Below are positions 24,319-35,800 of a stretch of 64,000 bases of DNA, in pieces (position 1 is the first letter of the stretch; every line of letters begins with the position of its first letter). The stretch is from positions 150 through 64,149 of IMG/VR virus record IMGVR_UViG_3300033067_000616. One strand, written 5' to 3'. Position numbers and translations under genes: made by a program. Origin of the DNA: a virus (taxonomy: Duplodnaviria > Caudoviricetes). Below the pieces are notes generated by a model. The model saw nothing but the letters and a program-made list of their open reading frames with translations, ran no database searches and had not been told where the DNA came from.

Positions 24319-24936
24319 ATGAAAGTATATGAAAACAGAATTAAGCACTCATCTTTTATTGGGACTATTATAGGAAAAGTAACAATTATAGAATTTGATA
24401 GGGTTGAAGAAGGTAAGGGTCGTAATATTTATTATTATAAGTATAAATGTATTTGTGGAAATATTGAAACTGCCCCTAAATACTCCCTTAGTCAATCTAA
24501 AAAATCTAGAAATACTTATTGTTGCTCTGCGTGTAGGAAAGATAAAATATCAGAATGGGCAAAAACAGCAAGTGTTAAATATAAAGACCCTATAGAAGGA
24601 AAATGTTCTATATTATTTTCTAATTATAGATCTAAATGCAAAAAAAAATCATGGGTATTTAATCTAACTTTTGATCAATTCAAACAGATGGTTACTAGTA
24701 ATTGTCATTATTGTAACCTAGAACCAAACAAATGTAGAAAAGATAGATCTAAATCTAGATTGGGATTATCGAGAGTATATTTTAATGGCGTAGATAGAAT
24801 AGATTCTTCAATAGGGTATAATATTAATAATGTTGTTTCTTGTTGTGAAGATTGCAATAAAGCAAAAAGAAACTTAAGTTATACTCAGTTTTTAAATTTA
24901 ATAAAAAGAATATATGAATTTAAGATTAAAGAATAA
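24319..24936 (+). CDS. Free-standing HNH homing endonuclease
   Basis: C.CG..., CC..C, C.YC, NG+DR+DS..GY...NVVSCC..CN.AK; strongly AT-rich. Confidence 0.85.
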   Translation: MKVYENRIKHSSFIGTIIGKVTIIEFDRVEEGKGRNIYYYKYKCICGNIETAPKYSLSQSKKSRNTYCCSACRKDKISEWAKTASVKYKDPIEGKCSILFSNYRSKCKKKSWVFNLTFDQFKQMVTSNCHYCNLEPNKCRKDRSKSRLGLSRVYFNGVDRIDSSIGYNINNVVSCCEDCNKAKRNLSYTQFLNLIKRIYEFKIKE

Positions 24937-25030
24937 AGAGACAAGAGAGTTAGCTCAGCAGATGCTGGACTTAGTGAAAAATATTGAAGGCAATCCATTC
25001 AAGGAAACAATTAAAGCATTTGGATTATGA
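24935..25030 (+). pseudogene. Stranded original 3' end of thyX
   Basis: KETRELAQQMLDLVKNIEGNPFKETIKAFGL* aligns with the current ThyX end KEIKTLANTMLYLVENIPNNPFKDTLAAFNL. Confidence 0.85.
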
Positions 25031-25287
25031 CAAAGGAAGATAAAGTAGTAGCAGACCTCATCAACAAGATGTTTGAGATTGCGGGTCACGAGGTGACGTA
25101 TGAGGATATCATCAACCGTAAGGATGCTTGGTATACCGATTGGACGATGACCGTTGAGCAGAACGAGCAGTGGAAGAAGTGGGGGGTTGAGTACCTAAGA
25201 AAGGCGCTTAGATTGAAAAAAATAGCAGCAGAAAAGCAGATGGGTTGGTTTTCTATGAACTACGGATTAAAGTTTAGCGATCTATGA
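25027..25287 (+). CDS. Conserved hypothetical protein
   Basis: LINKMFEIAGH.VTYEDI..RKD.WY..WTMT. Confidence 0.6.
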   Translation: MTKEDKVVADLINKMFEIAGHEVTYEDIINRKDAWYTDWTMTVEQNEQWKKWGVEYLRKALRLKKIAAEKQMGWFSMNYGLKFSDL

Positions 25288-25526
25288 AGCCAGGAGTATA
25301 CGCCGCTAATATAACCATAAAGGCAGTCCCACTTAAGAGTGGGACTAGGCTATACCCTATAAATAGGGTACTAGAGAAATGGCCAGTCGGAATAAAAGAA
25401 GATGGGTCAATTGTCAGTGATTACTTCATCGCAAAAAATATCAAACGAGAGAACATTAATAAATATCGGATAACTTATCAAGTAAATCCAATAAAATATT
25501 TATCAACGTTCAACTATGTTGTCTAA
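25284..25526 (+). CDS. Hypothetical protein
   Basis: ORF track. Confidence 0.5.
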   Translation: MKPGVYAANITIKAVPLKSGTRLYPINRVLEKWPVGIKEDGSIVSDYFIAKNIKRENINKYRITYQVNPIKYLSTFNYVV

Positions 25527-25550
25527 TTTATTTGTACATTAGCTCGCGTA

Positions 25551-25760
25551 ATGCAGAATGTAAACTATGTCAACTCAGTTATGCTCGAAATCAACGAGCT
25601 TACTGATAGTATCTATGAGCAACTCATGGACGAAGACTACGACACTCTCATCCCCACTATTCAAAATCTAATCCTGGTCCTTAAGGATCTACACAAATCC
25701 CATTACGATGAAGCAGTACATGGACAGAATTCTCGAGCTCCTAAACTCGGGAATGACTAA
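25551..25760 (+). CDS. Hypothetical helical protein
   Basis: ORF track. Confidence 0.5.
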   Translation: MQNVNYVNSVMLEINELTDSIYEQLMDEDYDTLIPTIQNLILVLKDLHKSHYDEAVHGQNSRAPKLGND

Positions 25761-26868
25761 GGCTGATATAGCCAGACAAATAATCTCAGAGAACAACCTT
25801 ACAACCAACCCAGAGACGATGCGTATCTACGTGTCTCGCGCTGTATCTAAACACAACGATAAGGGTGTTAAAGACGCATGCGACGACGTTCAGGTTGCAC
25901 CATCAAATGTACCATATCTTTGGCTTAAGACCAAGCAGGCATCTCTTTTCATAAAGAACCCGGCCTACCGAGTTGATGAGGTGGACTATGAGTCAATCAT
26001 CTCAAAGTGTATTGAAGGCAAGGCGCCAGTTCCTAAGGGCGATTGGAAGCCCGGCAAGACGATCGATCGCTTGGTATGGACTGACGTCCACGTTGGTATG
26101 GATGCCAGCCGTAAGGGATTGGCGTTGTATGCTGCTGAATGGAATGAGTCTGAGCTCATCAAACGAGTTAAAGAGATGGCAGAGTTCGTATTGGCTAATA
26201 AGTCGTCAGATAGCCTTGTTATAGACGATCTAGGAGACTTTATGGATGGTTGGGATGGTGAGACAACTCGCAAGGGTCATAAGCTCCCACAGAACATGAC
26301 AAACGAAGAGGCATTTGAATCTGGCCTCAAGGCTAAGGTGATGCTGATTGATTACCTAGCGCCACAATATAAGCACATCATGTGTAACAACATCTGTGAG
26401 GACAACCACTCAGGTGCCTTTGGTTACATTGTTAACTCAGCATTTAAGCATGTCATTGATCGCAAGTACAGCAACGTGCATGTCGTCAACCACAAGCGCT
26501 TTATAAACCACTACATAATTGGAAAACATGGGTTTATCATCAGCCATGGCAAAGACTCTCGCAACCTTAAGTTCGGCTTCAAGGTCCAACTTGATCCGAG
26601 AAGTGTTGAGAAAATATCTCAGTACATTAGACACGCCCAAGACATAAGGTCATGCGACTACGTTGAGTTCAGTAAGGGTGACTCACACCAGATGCTGTTT
26701 GACTACAGCTCGTCTGATGAGTTTGACTACTTTAACTTCCCAGCATTCTCGCCAAGTTCAGAGTGGGTTCAGACCAACTTTAAGAAAGGCCGATCAGGAT
26801 TTGTATTCTTCCAGATCGACCTTGATTCCAATCGTAAGGTTGTTATGCCTTACTTCTTTAATATCTGA
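25708..26868 (+). CDS. Calcineurin-like metallophosphoesterase with an N-terminal HTH
   Basis: WTDVHVG, LGDFMDG, DNH, SHG, GDSH motifs. Confidence 0.8.
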   Translation: MKQYMDRILELLNSGMTKADIARQIISENNLTTNPETMRIYVSRAVSKHNDKGVKDACDDVQVAPSNVPYLWLKTKQASLFIKNPAYRVDEVDYESIISKCIEGKAPVPKGDWKPGKTIDRLVWTDVHVGMDASRKGLALYAAEWNESELIKRVKEMAEFVLANKSSDSLVIDDLGDFMDGWDGETTRKGHKLPQNMTNEEAFESGLKAKVMLIDYLAPQYKHIMCNNICEDNHSGAFGYIVNSAFKHVIDRKYSNVHVVNHKRFINHYIIGKHGFIISHGKDSRNLKFGFKVQLDPRSVEKISQYIRHAQDIRSCDYVEFSKGDSHQMLFDYSSSDEFDYFNFPAFSPSSEWVQTNFKKGRSGFVFFQIDLDSNRKVVMPYFFNI

Positions 26869-29800
26869 TCGGCTGTTTCGCCATCTTCAATTCTTTTTAA
26901 GTCTAGATAGTTGTAATCTCCTGTCTTCATAAAATACTTAGCATATTCTTTTTCTTCACTTTCTGTGAGCTTAGCCCATTTTTCGGCAAATTTAATAGCC
27001 TCAACAATTGTAGGCACCTTCTTGGTGGTATTCATCACCAAGCTTTCCTCCCATTCTTTTGGCTTACGGCCAAGCTCAGTCTTCAGCTCACTAGTGTTCT
27101 TAAATTTAGTCTCGCTAATTGATCTCTTCTTTACTGTAGCTACAACTTTTCTTGATACCACACCGGCATCCTTTGGCACAAGCCCTGTTGAGTATAGTAC
27201 CATTGGTAACAATGTCCATTTGACAAGTTCTTGGTCTTTCTTACTGATGTACTTTTTCTTTGGGCCAAATCCCATGTCATCATCAAACTCACCTGTGTAG
27301 GCTAGTTGTGCCATTTCCGCAAGCTCGGTGTATGTGTCAAATGCAATACCGGGTACACCATACTGACGGCCTAAGCTTTCTTTTTGGAATGTAACCTTAT
27401 ATGTATTCTTGTCTTTAAGATTCTTGATGAGATTAGCTTCCTGCTCAGCATTCATTGGTTCATCACCTTTAAGTACTCTTGCATCGTTTTGATCTTGAAT
27501 AGCTTTATCGATATCTTCTTTTGATATCATTGGAAAATTACTCATTAACTCATCAAAACCAAATACCACAGCGTCATCAAATAATGGGAATGGAGATATA
27601 ACGTCAGACACTAAACTTTTCACAGGGAACTTAGTCGCGTTCCATTGTTTATTAGTCATTTTAAATAAACCAAAGAATGAGCGATCTTTTTTCTCTTCCT
27701 CATCGTCTTCGCCGGTAATCATAGAAGCAATGTTGTCGTATATCATTGTCTTGATAAAGTATGCAATACCCTGGTATGCCAACATTTCAGAAGCTAATCC
27801 AGCTAATGATCTCCATGCTTTCTTTTTATCCTCAAGGCTAGTACCTGCCTTTATTCCAAAAATTGCAATCAAGTCATTATGCATACGATTCTTCTGGTTG
27901 ATGATGAACGTAGCAAATGGGAGTATGACTTTTCTAGTTACGCTTTTCCATGGATCAGGTGAGTTCATGAATGAACCAGCCAACTTCTCATCTGAAATGT
28001 TTTGCTGACGGTCGACCATCATCTGTGCATAGTTCATCGCATCTTGATTCCACTCATGTGTTTCCCAGTCGATGTCAGTTGACATGCCGTTTGTCTTCAA
28101 GTAATTCTTGTAGTAAGAAATAAATGACGAGCGAGCAACCCATACATCTGGCTTAGATAATAAAGCCTTCATGTACATCTGACTAACCTTCTCAATAGCC
28201 TTAGCTATCTCAGCAGCTTTTGCACCTTTCTTGTCTATCAATGCATCAACAGACTCAACACCTGCTATGGCCTCAATACCACGGTTAGCAATTGGCATAC
28301 CTGATCGGTTGATAGCTGCATTCATTTCAAGATTAAGACCATCAAAGCGCCCGGCATTAATCAATGTGTTGATGATAACCGGAGCCGTCTGCTTGATTGT
28401 TTGGTCTAATCCACCTAACGCTTTACCAACACCAAGGCTTCCTAAGAAGTTAGCTAAACGCTCAACTGACTTCATTGTGTCACGATTGAAGGCATTCTTT
28501 CCTTTAACAGCAATGATATAGTTATTGATACGACGAGTAAGAATTTTTCTGTCGTCACCGTTGACAATTTTCTTGTATCCATCTGACTTAATAAACCCAT
28601 CGACCTGACGAATAGCAGGAGCTGTTTCAATATCAATCATGGCCCCCTTGAGACTAGAGAAATTGTTGACGTCAAAATCAAGGCTAACAAATCTTCCTTG
28701 TGGTAAGGTTTTTGGTCTAGTTGTCTCGATCAATACACCTGACTTATTTTTATCAGTGTACTCAAGGCCACCCATAAACGCGCTACCTTTCTGTAGTAAG
28801 TTTTCATCTAGCTCAATATCAGACTCGTCAAGTCCTTTGTATCTATCCGGAGTATAGTTGGTATCACTTCCAAGTATTGCGTTGTATACAGACAAACTAA
28901 TGTCAGATAGGTCGCTGTACTTCTCAGCCCATTGCTGTGTCATCCAGTTAACAGCATCAATGTTCATCTGCTCAGCATTGGCTTTGATGACGTCAAGATC
29001 CTGGCTATCAACTTTCAGCTTGTCATATACTTTCTGATAAGCTTCACCCATTTTTCTTTCTGTCTCTGATCCAGTCATTAAGGCATTGATAGATTCCTCA
29101 ACCATCTTGATGCGACGTAAGAATTCGTTACGCATTTCTGTTTTGGTTCCGGCCAAATTTCTACTTAAGAAGGCAATCATACCTCTCTCGTATACATTCT
29201 CAGCCTTCATAAAGCCTTTACCATTATAGAACTCCTGACTAGTATAGTCTTTTACGATCATCTTATGCTCTCTGTCAGCTTTAGATGTGCCTCTGATTAC
29301 ATCAGTAAGACCCATCTCTGACATAAAGTTAAGACCCTTCTTCATTCCTGGGAACATTCTCTCAATGAGCAATGGTAATGAAACGAACTGCTCACCAAAG
29401 AAACGGCCAACAGCTTTATTCCAATACATTTTAATCGGTCTTGACTTAAGGCCAGATGCAGCTAGTTTGTTAGCGTTCTCATTTCCAATGTATCCTTTCA
29501 CCACAGCTTCTAAACCACTAGTGATTCCGTTGTTGATGAAGTTATCCATCGCCTCGAGAACTTGAGCGGCTTGCTTAACTGACAGCTTATCGATGTCGAA
29601 CTTAAGAACCTCACTCATTAGTTGTTTTTCGTTCTGAGTTATGTAAAGAGGCTCATCTGTAAACACATCTCTGTTATTCACAATCATCTCTTCTATTATA
29701 CCAGACATAAAATCAAAACGATTTTTCAAAAAGTTGAGCTTCTTGTCAGCATCTTCAACCTCATACTCTTCAGCTGCAATGATGTCGATCATCTCTTGTA

Positions 29801-32800
29801 TCTCCTTGGCAGTCATGTCGTCAGTAATGATGCCAGCTTCAACTAAGTACTTATTCAACGCAAGTAATTCAGCTTTTTTATTTGCCTCTTGACGTTCAAT
29901 CTGAGCTGTCGCATATTCGTTAATCTCGTATATATCAGTAGCTTGTCGAAGCGGCACCTCTGTCTCTCTGACAGGTCTGACGGCATTCAACATTTTCTCA
30001 GCTGTCTCAATGTACTGATCAATATCCTCAACCATAAACGGATCAACACCAGAAAATCTCTTAGCTACACCAGCCACCTCAGCCTGCAAGTCTTTTGACT
30101 TCATGGCTTTTTTGATTGACTTTCTGATCTTGGCTGCCTTGCTCAATGTCTCTTGGTAGTCAGCTCTGTCAAACACTCTCTCGGCATAGCTGATCAATCG
30201 ATCAACCATCACAGGGTTGTCAAGGTTAACTCTGCTTACCTTATTGATAATGCTTCTGGCTTGAACGGCTGTAATCTTGCCCTGTCTTACCATACTAGTG
30301 ATCGCAGCTGCAAGTGCTTTTCTTTTTGCATTAAGATCACCTTTAGCTTCACGAGCGGCCTTAGCTTCAAGTCTAATTTGTGACTTGAGTGCTGTCATCT
30401 CTTCCACCTGTATTTTAGTTGGCTTAATAGCCATTACTTTTTTGATAGAAGGAGCGGCTTTCATTTTCTCACCGAAGAACTTCTTGAGCTCTCTTTCGGC
30501 TTCTTCTCTCATTAAGTCATCAGCCTCATTATACCATTCTGACTTTCTCAAGTCTTCGAGTGCTGAAGTGACACCCTGTTCTGGTGTGTTACCTCTTTCC
30601 TTTACAGATAGTACATATTTTTCTTTGGCCTTTCTAATGGCCTCCTGCTTGCTGAATCCTTTTTGTTTCTTTACCTCTGGTACTCGCTTTACCTTTTTAA
30701 GGCCAATGCCATAAGGAGCAACTACTTGTTGTTGTTGAGCTCTATCTAGATCATCTCTATATTTATTACGAACCTCTTCAGGCATAATGTCGTATGAGTT
30801 TACAATGATATTAGGAACGCCAATTACTTCACCTAATATATCATTCTCATATGTAGAGTGCTTAGATTTTCCACCTATAGCTGTAGGTTTTAGAACAAGC
30901 ATCACATCGCCCATTTTAAAATCATTGTCTTTAAAGAAACCATCTCTTAGTTCATTTGTTTCTAAGAATGCATCATAAGACTCAAGTAATTTTTTAACTG
31001 CAGTGCCTTTTAGTTTTTGCTCATTGATGGCAATAATAAATTTCTTTCTATCAGCACCAAGGAAAACTTCGTCGTAAGAGTTATACTTCTCTAGTATTTC
31101 TTTAATCGCTTTAGTTGGTTTAGCCTCTAGTATAGATGATTTAAACTTATTAAAGTCTACTTTGGCTTCTATTTTACTTTTAACCAAACTAGATACAGTC
31201 TTATTAAATAACTTTGATTGCTGAGGCGATCCACTAATTATGAATATATAATCGCTATTATTGATATTCTTTTCAAGAGTTGACTTATTTGCGCCTGAAG
31301 CCCATATAACTCCATTCTTTCTGTTCTCAGGATCTAAAGCAAATGATGGCCCAGCATCTAAATAGTGATTGCCATTTAACTCAGAGTCAAAGTAAACACC
31401 ACGCCCAAGTTGATCAGCTACCCAGAACCAAACTGTTTGGTCTTTAGATATAATGTCATCAACAAGCGACTTGAAATCTATAATATCAGATTGCTTAACA
31501 AATGTAAGCTTTTGACCTTCAGATACTTTTACTTGTTTTTTAGGAGCTAAATCAGCCGGTACAATCCTTGTTTGGAATCCATTAGCAAATATCTGATCAC
31601 CAGTAACCAACCGCTTGCTTATGGTATTAATAAAATCAATTGCGTCTTGTCTTGTAGATGCTGCTGTAAATATAGCCGGTAGGCCAATTGCTTTTGCAAT
31701 CTTATTGATTAACGCTTTGAATTTTTGTAACGCACTTGTGCTTAATTGTCCTTTTGCTGCACCCATAATGGCGCCTAATTCTGAAATATACTCCTCTGGT
31801 TGGTTTTCTGCAGAGTACTTTTTAGTCAAATCATCAAGACGCTTAATCGCTTTTTCATCTTTGATAATAGATTTAAGTGACTTTGCCCAACCATTTAGAA
31901 CTTTTGCATCTATTCCTTTATTCAGTATAACATAATGGAATGCCTCATGTAGCAAGGTATGAGAAGTAGCTTCCTCCATGTTAACATGGATAGCCATATC
32001 AGTTCCAATAAATCTTCCGTTCTCTTTGCCTTCAGTTTGCTCACCTACGGCGGCATCATATTCAGCTGTATTATTATGAAGATAGATTTTTGCTTCAGGA
32101 ATAGCTCTCATTATAAGCTTGGCGCTCTTAGCTATTTTTTGTCTAGTCTCTATCTCTTGACTATCAATTATATCATTGATGTTGTCATTAGTTACTAGAT
32201 TTTCTTGATAAGTCATGTCACCTGCACGGCCTTCAGACCAAGTCCACTCAGGCATAAGGCCAATCTTCTGGTCAGCAAATACAGTGTCTTCTACTTTTGC
32301 TGTTCTATTGGTTTCTCCAAAAGGACCATAATTTAACCAAGAGTTCTGGCCTCTAGTCTCACTAGTAATAGCTCCGACTGCAGGTCCTGTAAACAATCTG
32401 ACGTGAGCTTGCCATGCATTCTCCTCGCCTCTTGCTCTAAACCCAGCGCCCTCAAGACCATGCCCAAACGCATCATGAACTGCTCTGAACAAGTCATTTG
32501 CAAGAACTGGTTTCATTTCTCCATCTAGTCCACCTACAGGCCATTTGATGCCTGTGTCAGCTAGTAGTGGGTTTGCATTAATTTGTTCTTGTGTTATTTC
32601 ACCTTCTCCGTATCCATCAGTAGTTGGGAATACACCCATCTCCTTATTCTGTCTTAAATCTCTTAGAGCATTGTATGGGCTTGCTGCATACTCTTCATTG
32701 CTTGGAATATTTAGGTCCATAAACCAAAACTTATATCCGGCATCAACTAATGCTTGATACTGAGAAATTGTTTGATTTATAAGATCTTGGTATGCTTCTT

Positions 32801-35800
32801 TTACTTTTGGATCCTGAGGATTATCAGCCATCTGCTCGTAAGCATCGGCTATTCTTTTAGCTCTTTGCTCGTCTACTTCGACGTACTCTGACTGTCTTTT
32901 AAGCTCGATGCCATTGTCTGCTGCGTATTTTTCTGCGACTGCAACAAGTTGTGGGTCCGGCCCGTTAATGCCTGGAACTGCTGGCGCGCCCTCAAGAGGC
33001 GTAAGTTTCCTGCTCTCAGTCCGTCCTCTTCCGTCTCCGGTGCGTTCGGGTTGTATGTTTCCTGTTTCATTTTGTACAAAGTTAGTTTCTTTTTGGTTGT
33101 CCTGCAATAAGTTGGCATATGTATTTTTAAATATACCATAAGTATTACTCATTTCACCATCTCTTACTACTGCTTCCTTTTGAATAACACCGTCAAAACC
33201 TAATGCTTGAACTGCTTTTGAGAAAGCTTCATTAGCTTCCGGTTTGTTTAATTTAGTTGTAAATAATTCTAAATTATTGCCTGCTTTAGATTCAAAATCA
33301 GATATTAATTCTAGTGCTTTTGATATATTTTCTTTTGGTAGTTTGCCTGATTTTTTTAATTCAGCAGCTACGCTTCTTAAGTTATTAGCAATGTCAGATC
33401 CTCTAACATCTGTGGCTAATTTATAAGGCATTTCAATTGGGTTAGAAGGTTTATCAACCTCTAAGCTTTCAATATTTAACGTTCCATCTTCTGATATGCC
33501 AGCATAATTTTTTGCCACATCTTCATTCTCTGCAACCCATAATGTAGATGAGTTATCTCCACTCATTACATTATTTCCTACACCTCTAAATACAGTTATT
33601 TTTTCTTTAGAAGCAGGTTGTCTCTGTAATGAGTTTAATAAATCAGTATGTGGAGTCTCTCCTTCAAATTCTGTAATACCTGCCTTATTTTCAGCATATG
33701 CAACAGGGTCAGATTCTAATTCCTGTATTCTCTGTTGCTTTTCTTCTTGACTTATTACAGTTGCACCATTTATAAATTCAGTCTGACTTTTAACGTAATC
33801 ATCTATAAGCGCCTGATTCTCTTCTGACTGAACTATTTCTTGGGCTTGGCCACCTTCTTGGGTAACTTCTTGAGATCCTGTTTCGGGTTTTCCTTGCGCC
33901 ATTTCTCCGCCACTTTCGGCTCCTGGCTGTACAGATACTTCACTTGTTGCTTGCTCTTGAACGGCATAACTTAATTGTTTTAATTCATCATTAATAGCAC
34001 TGACGCGCTCAGTCTGAGCAGCGACAAGAGCAGGGTCTTTCCCTGCAATTTCTTTTTGTAATTCGTCTCTCTCGGTGATCAACTTGAACGCCTCAAACTT
34101 ATCAACCTTAGCTGGTATCTTATTGAGCACACCCTCAACTTGGTTGATTTTATCGATCTGTCTTTTGGCCTCTTCTTTTGATATTTCACCTGAGATAATC
34201 TGATCCTTAAGGTGTAACTTAAAAGTATCCTTAAGCTCAGGGTTTTCAATTAAATCAGTGATGTTGTTGATCTGTGCTTTGTTTAGCTCATTAAGACCAA
34301 CCTGAGTTGCCTGTGTAATAGACTGCATACCCGCACCTCCAGCAAAACCAAGGATAAAAGATTGCCCTAATCTGTCAGCAACCTCAGTCCATGTCTTTGG
34401 ATTTTGGAAGTACTCTTTGCCAGCCATTCTATTGAACACATCCTTGTAGACCATGTCAGCTGCCTCTTGAGCAAGCTCTGTTGATCCCTCAACCATACCG
34501 GCTGATGTTACTTGAATGAGTCCATTTGTTATAGCAACGCCAAGATTTTTCTTGATAGCTAAGTCAATTGCTTCAGCACTAGCATCCTCACCTAACTCAT
34601 TTACAGTTCTTTTTAGAATCCAGTTTGTCAAGCCTTTACCTGCAGGAGTCTTTGTAAACCACTTGCTTACACCATACTTCTCAAGCACACCAACAGTGGC
34701 GCCATAGACACCAGACATTAATATCTTTTGGTATTCAGGTACGTCCTTAAATTCAGGCGTACTCATTTGGTCTTTCATATTAACATATGAAGACGCATAT
34801 AAGCCAAGTCCAGGGGATCCTACGGCAGCACCAACTAACGCTGAGCCACCTGAGTTAGCAAGACCAAATACAATCTGCTCAAAAGCATTTCTACCCTCAG
34901 CTGATGTATACACATCACTGACTGATCCGGGAGCTGCTTCAGTAAGTAATCCCTTAAACTCACCATCCTTAAAGTCACCTGTCTCAAGTAAGAATCTCAA
35001 TGAGTTCTCAGCGCCTTGTAGGAATGAGTAAGTTGCGCCTGACAATACGTTACCTTTCTCAGCCTGAATAGCATATTGATTGGCAGCTATATTATCAATA
35101 GATACACTCTTATCTTTTGTTTGAATAACCTGCTCACTGATTTTATTTCTTTCATCAATAAGCATATTCTTCTCAGCTGCTAACTTTGGAGCATACTCTG
35201 TGTTGTATTGCTCTTCAGTAATAGTGCCTTTTTTTCTTGCCTCATTTACAGTGGCATTCCACTCGTTGTAGCTTTTAGCTTTCTCAGAGTAGTCAATAGT
35301 TTGTAGTTGAATCTTAGCAAAATCAGTCTTAATGTTTTCCTTTGCATTCTTATCATAGATAGCAGCAGCCTTATACTTATCGTTCTTAGCGTAGTTATAT
35401 CGACCGGTTGATAGCTCATTGAGCTTAGCCTTCTCTTCTAACATCTTTTGAGATAGCTCAATACGTTGAGTAGGCGTGGCTGTCTGCATCTGTGCTTGCA
35501 ACTTGTCAACCTTTTGCTTTTGCTCAACATAAGCCTTGGAGTTCATTTGAACGTCCAAGAAACCTTTCAATATGTTGGCCTCTTCTTTATCTCTACTACT
35601 TGACCAGTTCTCCAAATTGACTATAGCGTCTTCACCAGTGACTTTGTTCACGATACGAAGCTCATCATAACCACGTCCTGATTCAGCAACTTCAAGATAT
35701 GGGTAGTCTTTAATAATCTGCTGAACTACTGGTACAACATCTCCTTCATTGTCATTAACAAAGTCAGGTGTTACCAATGAAAGCGACTTATCTATTTTGT

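Noticed and set aside
24146-24934. Group I intron in thyX
   Set aside because: The ORF reads through into a complete alternative C-terminus, and no P7 or other intron core is visible in the AT-rich insert
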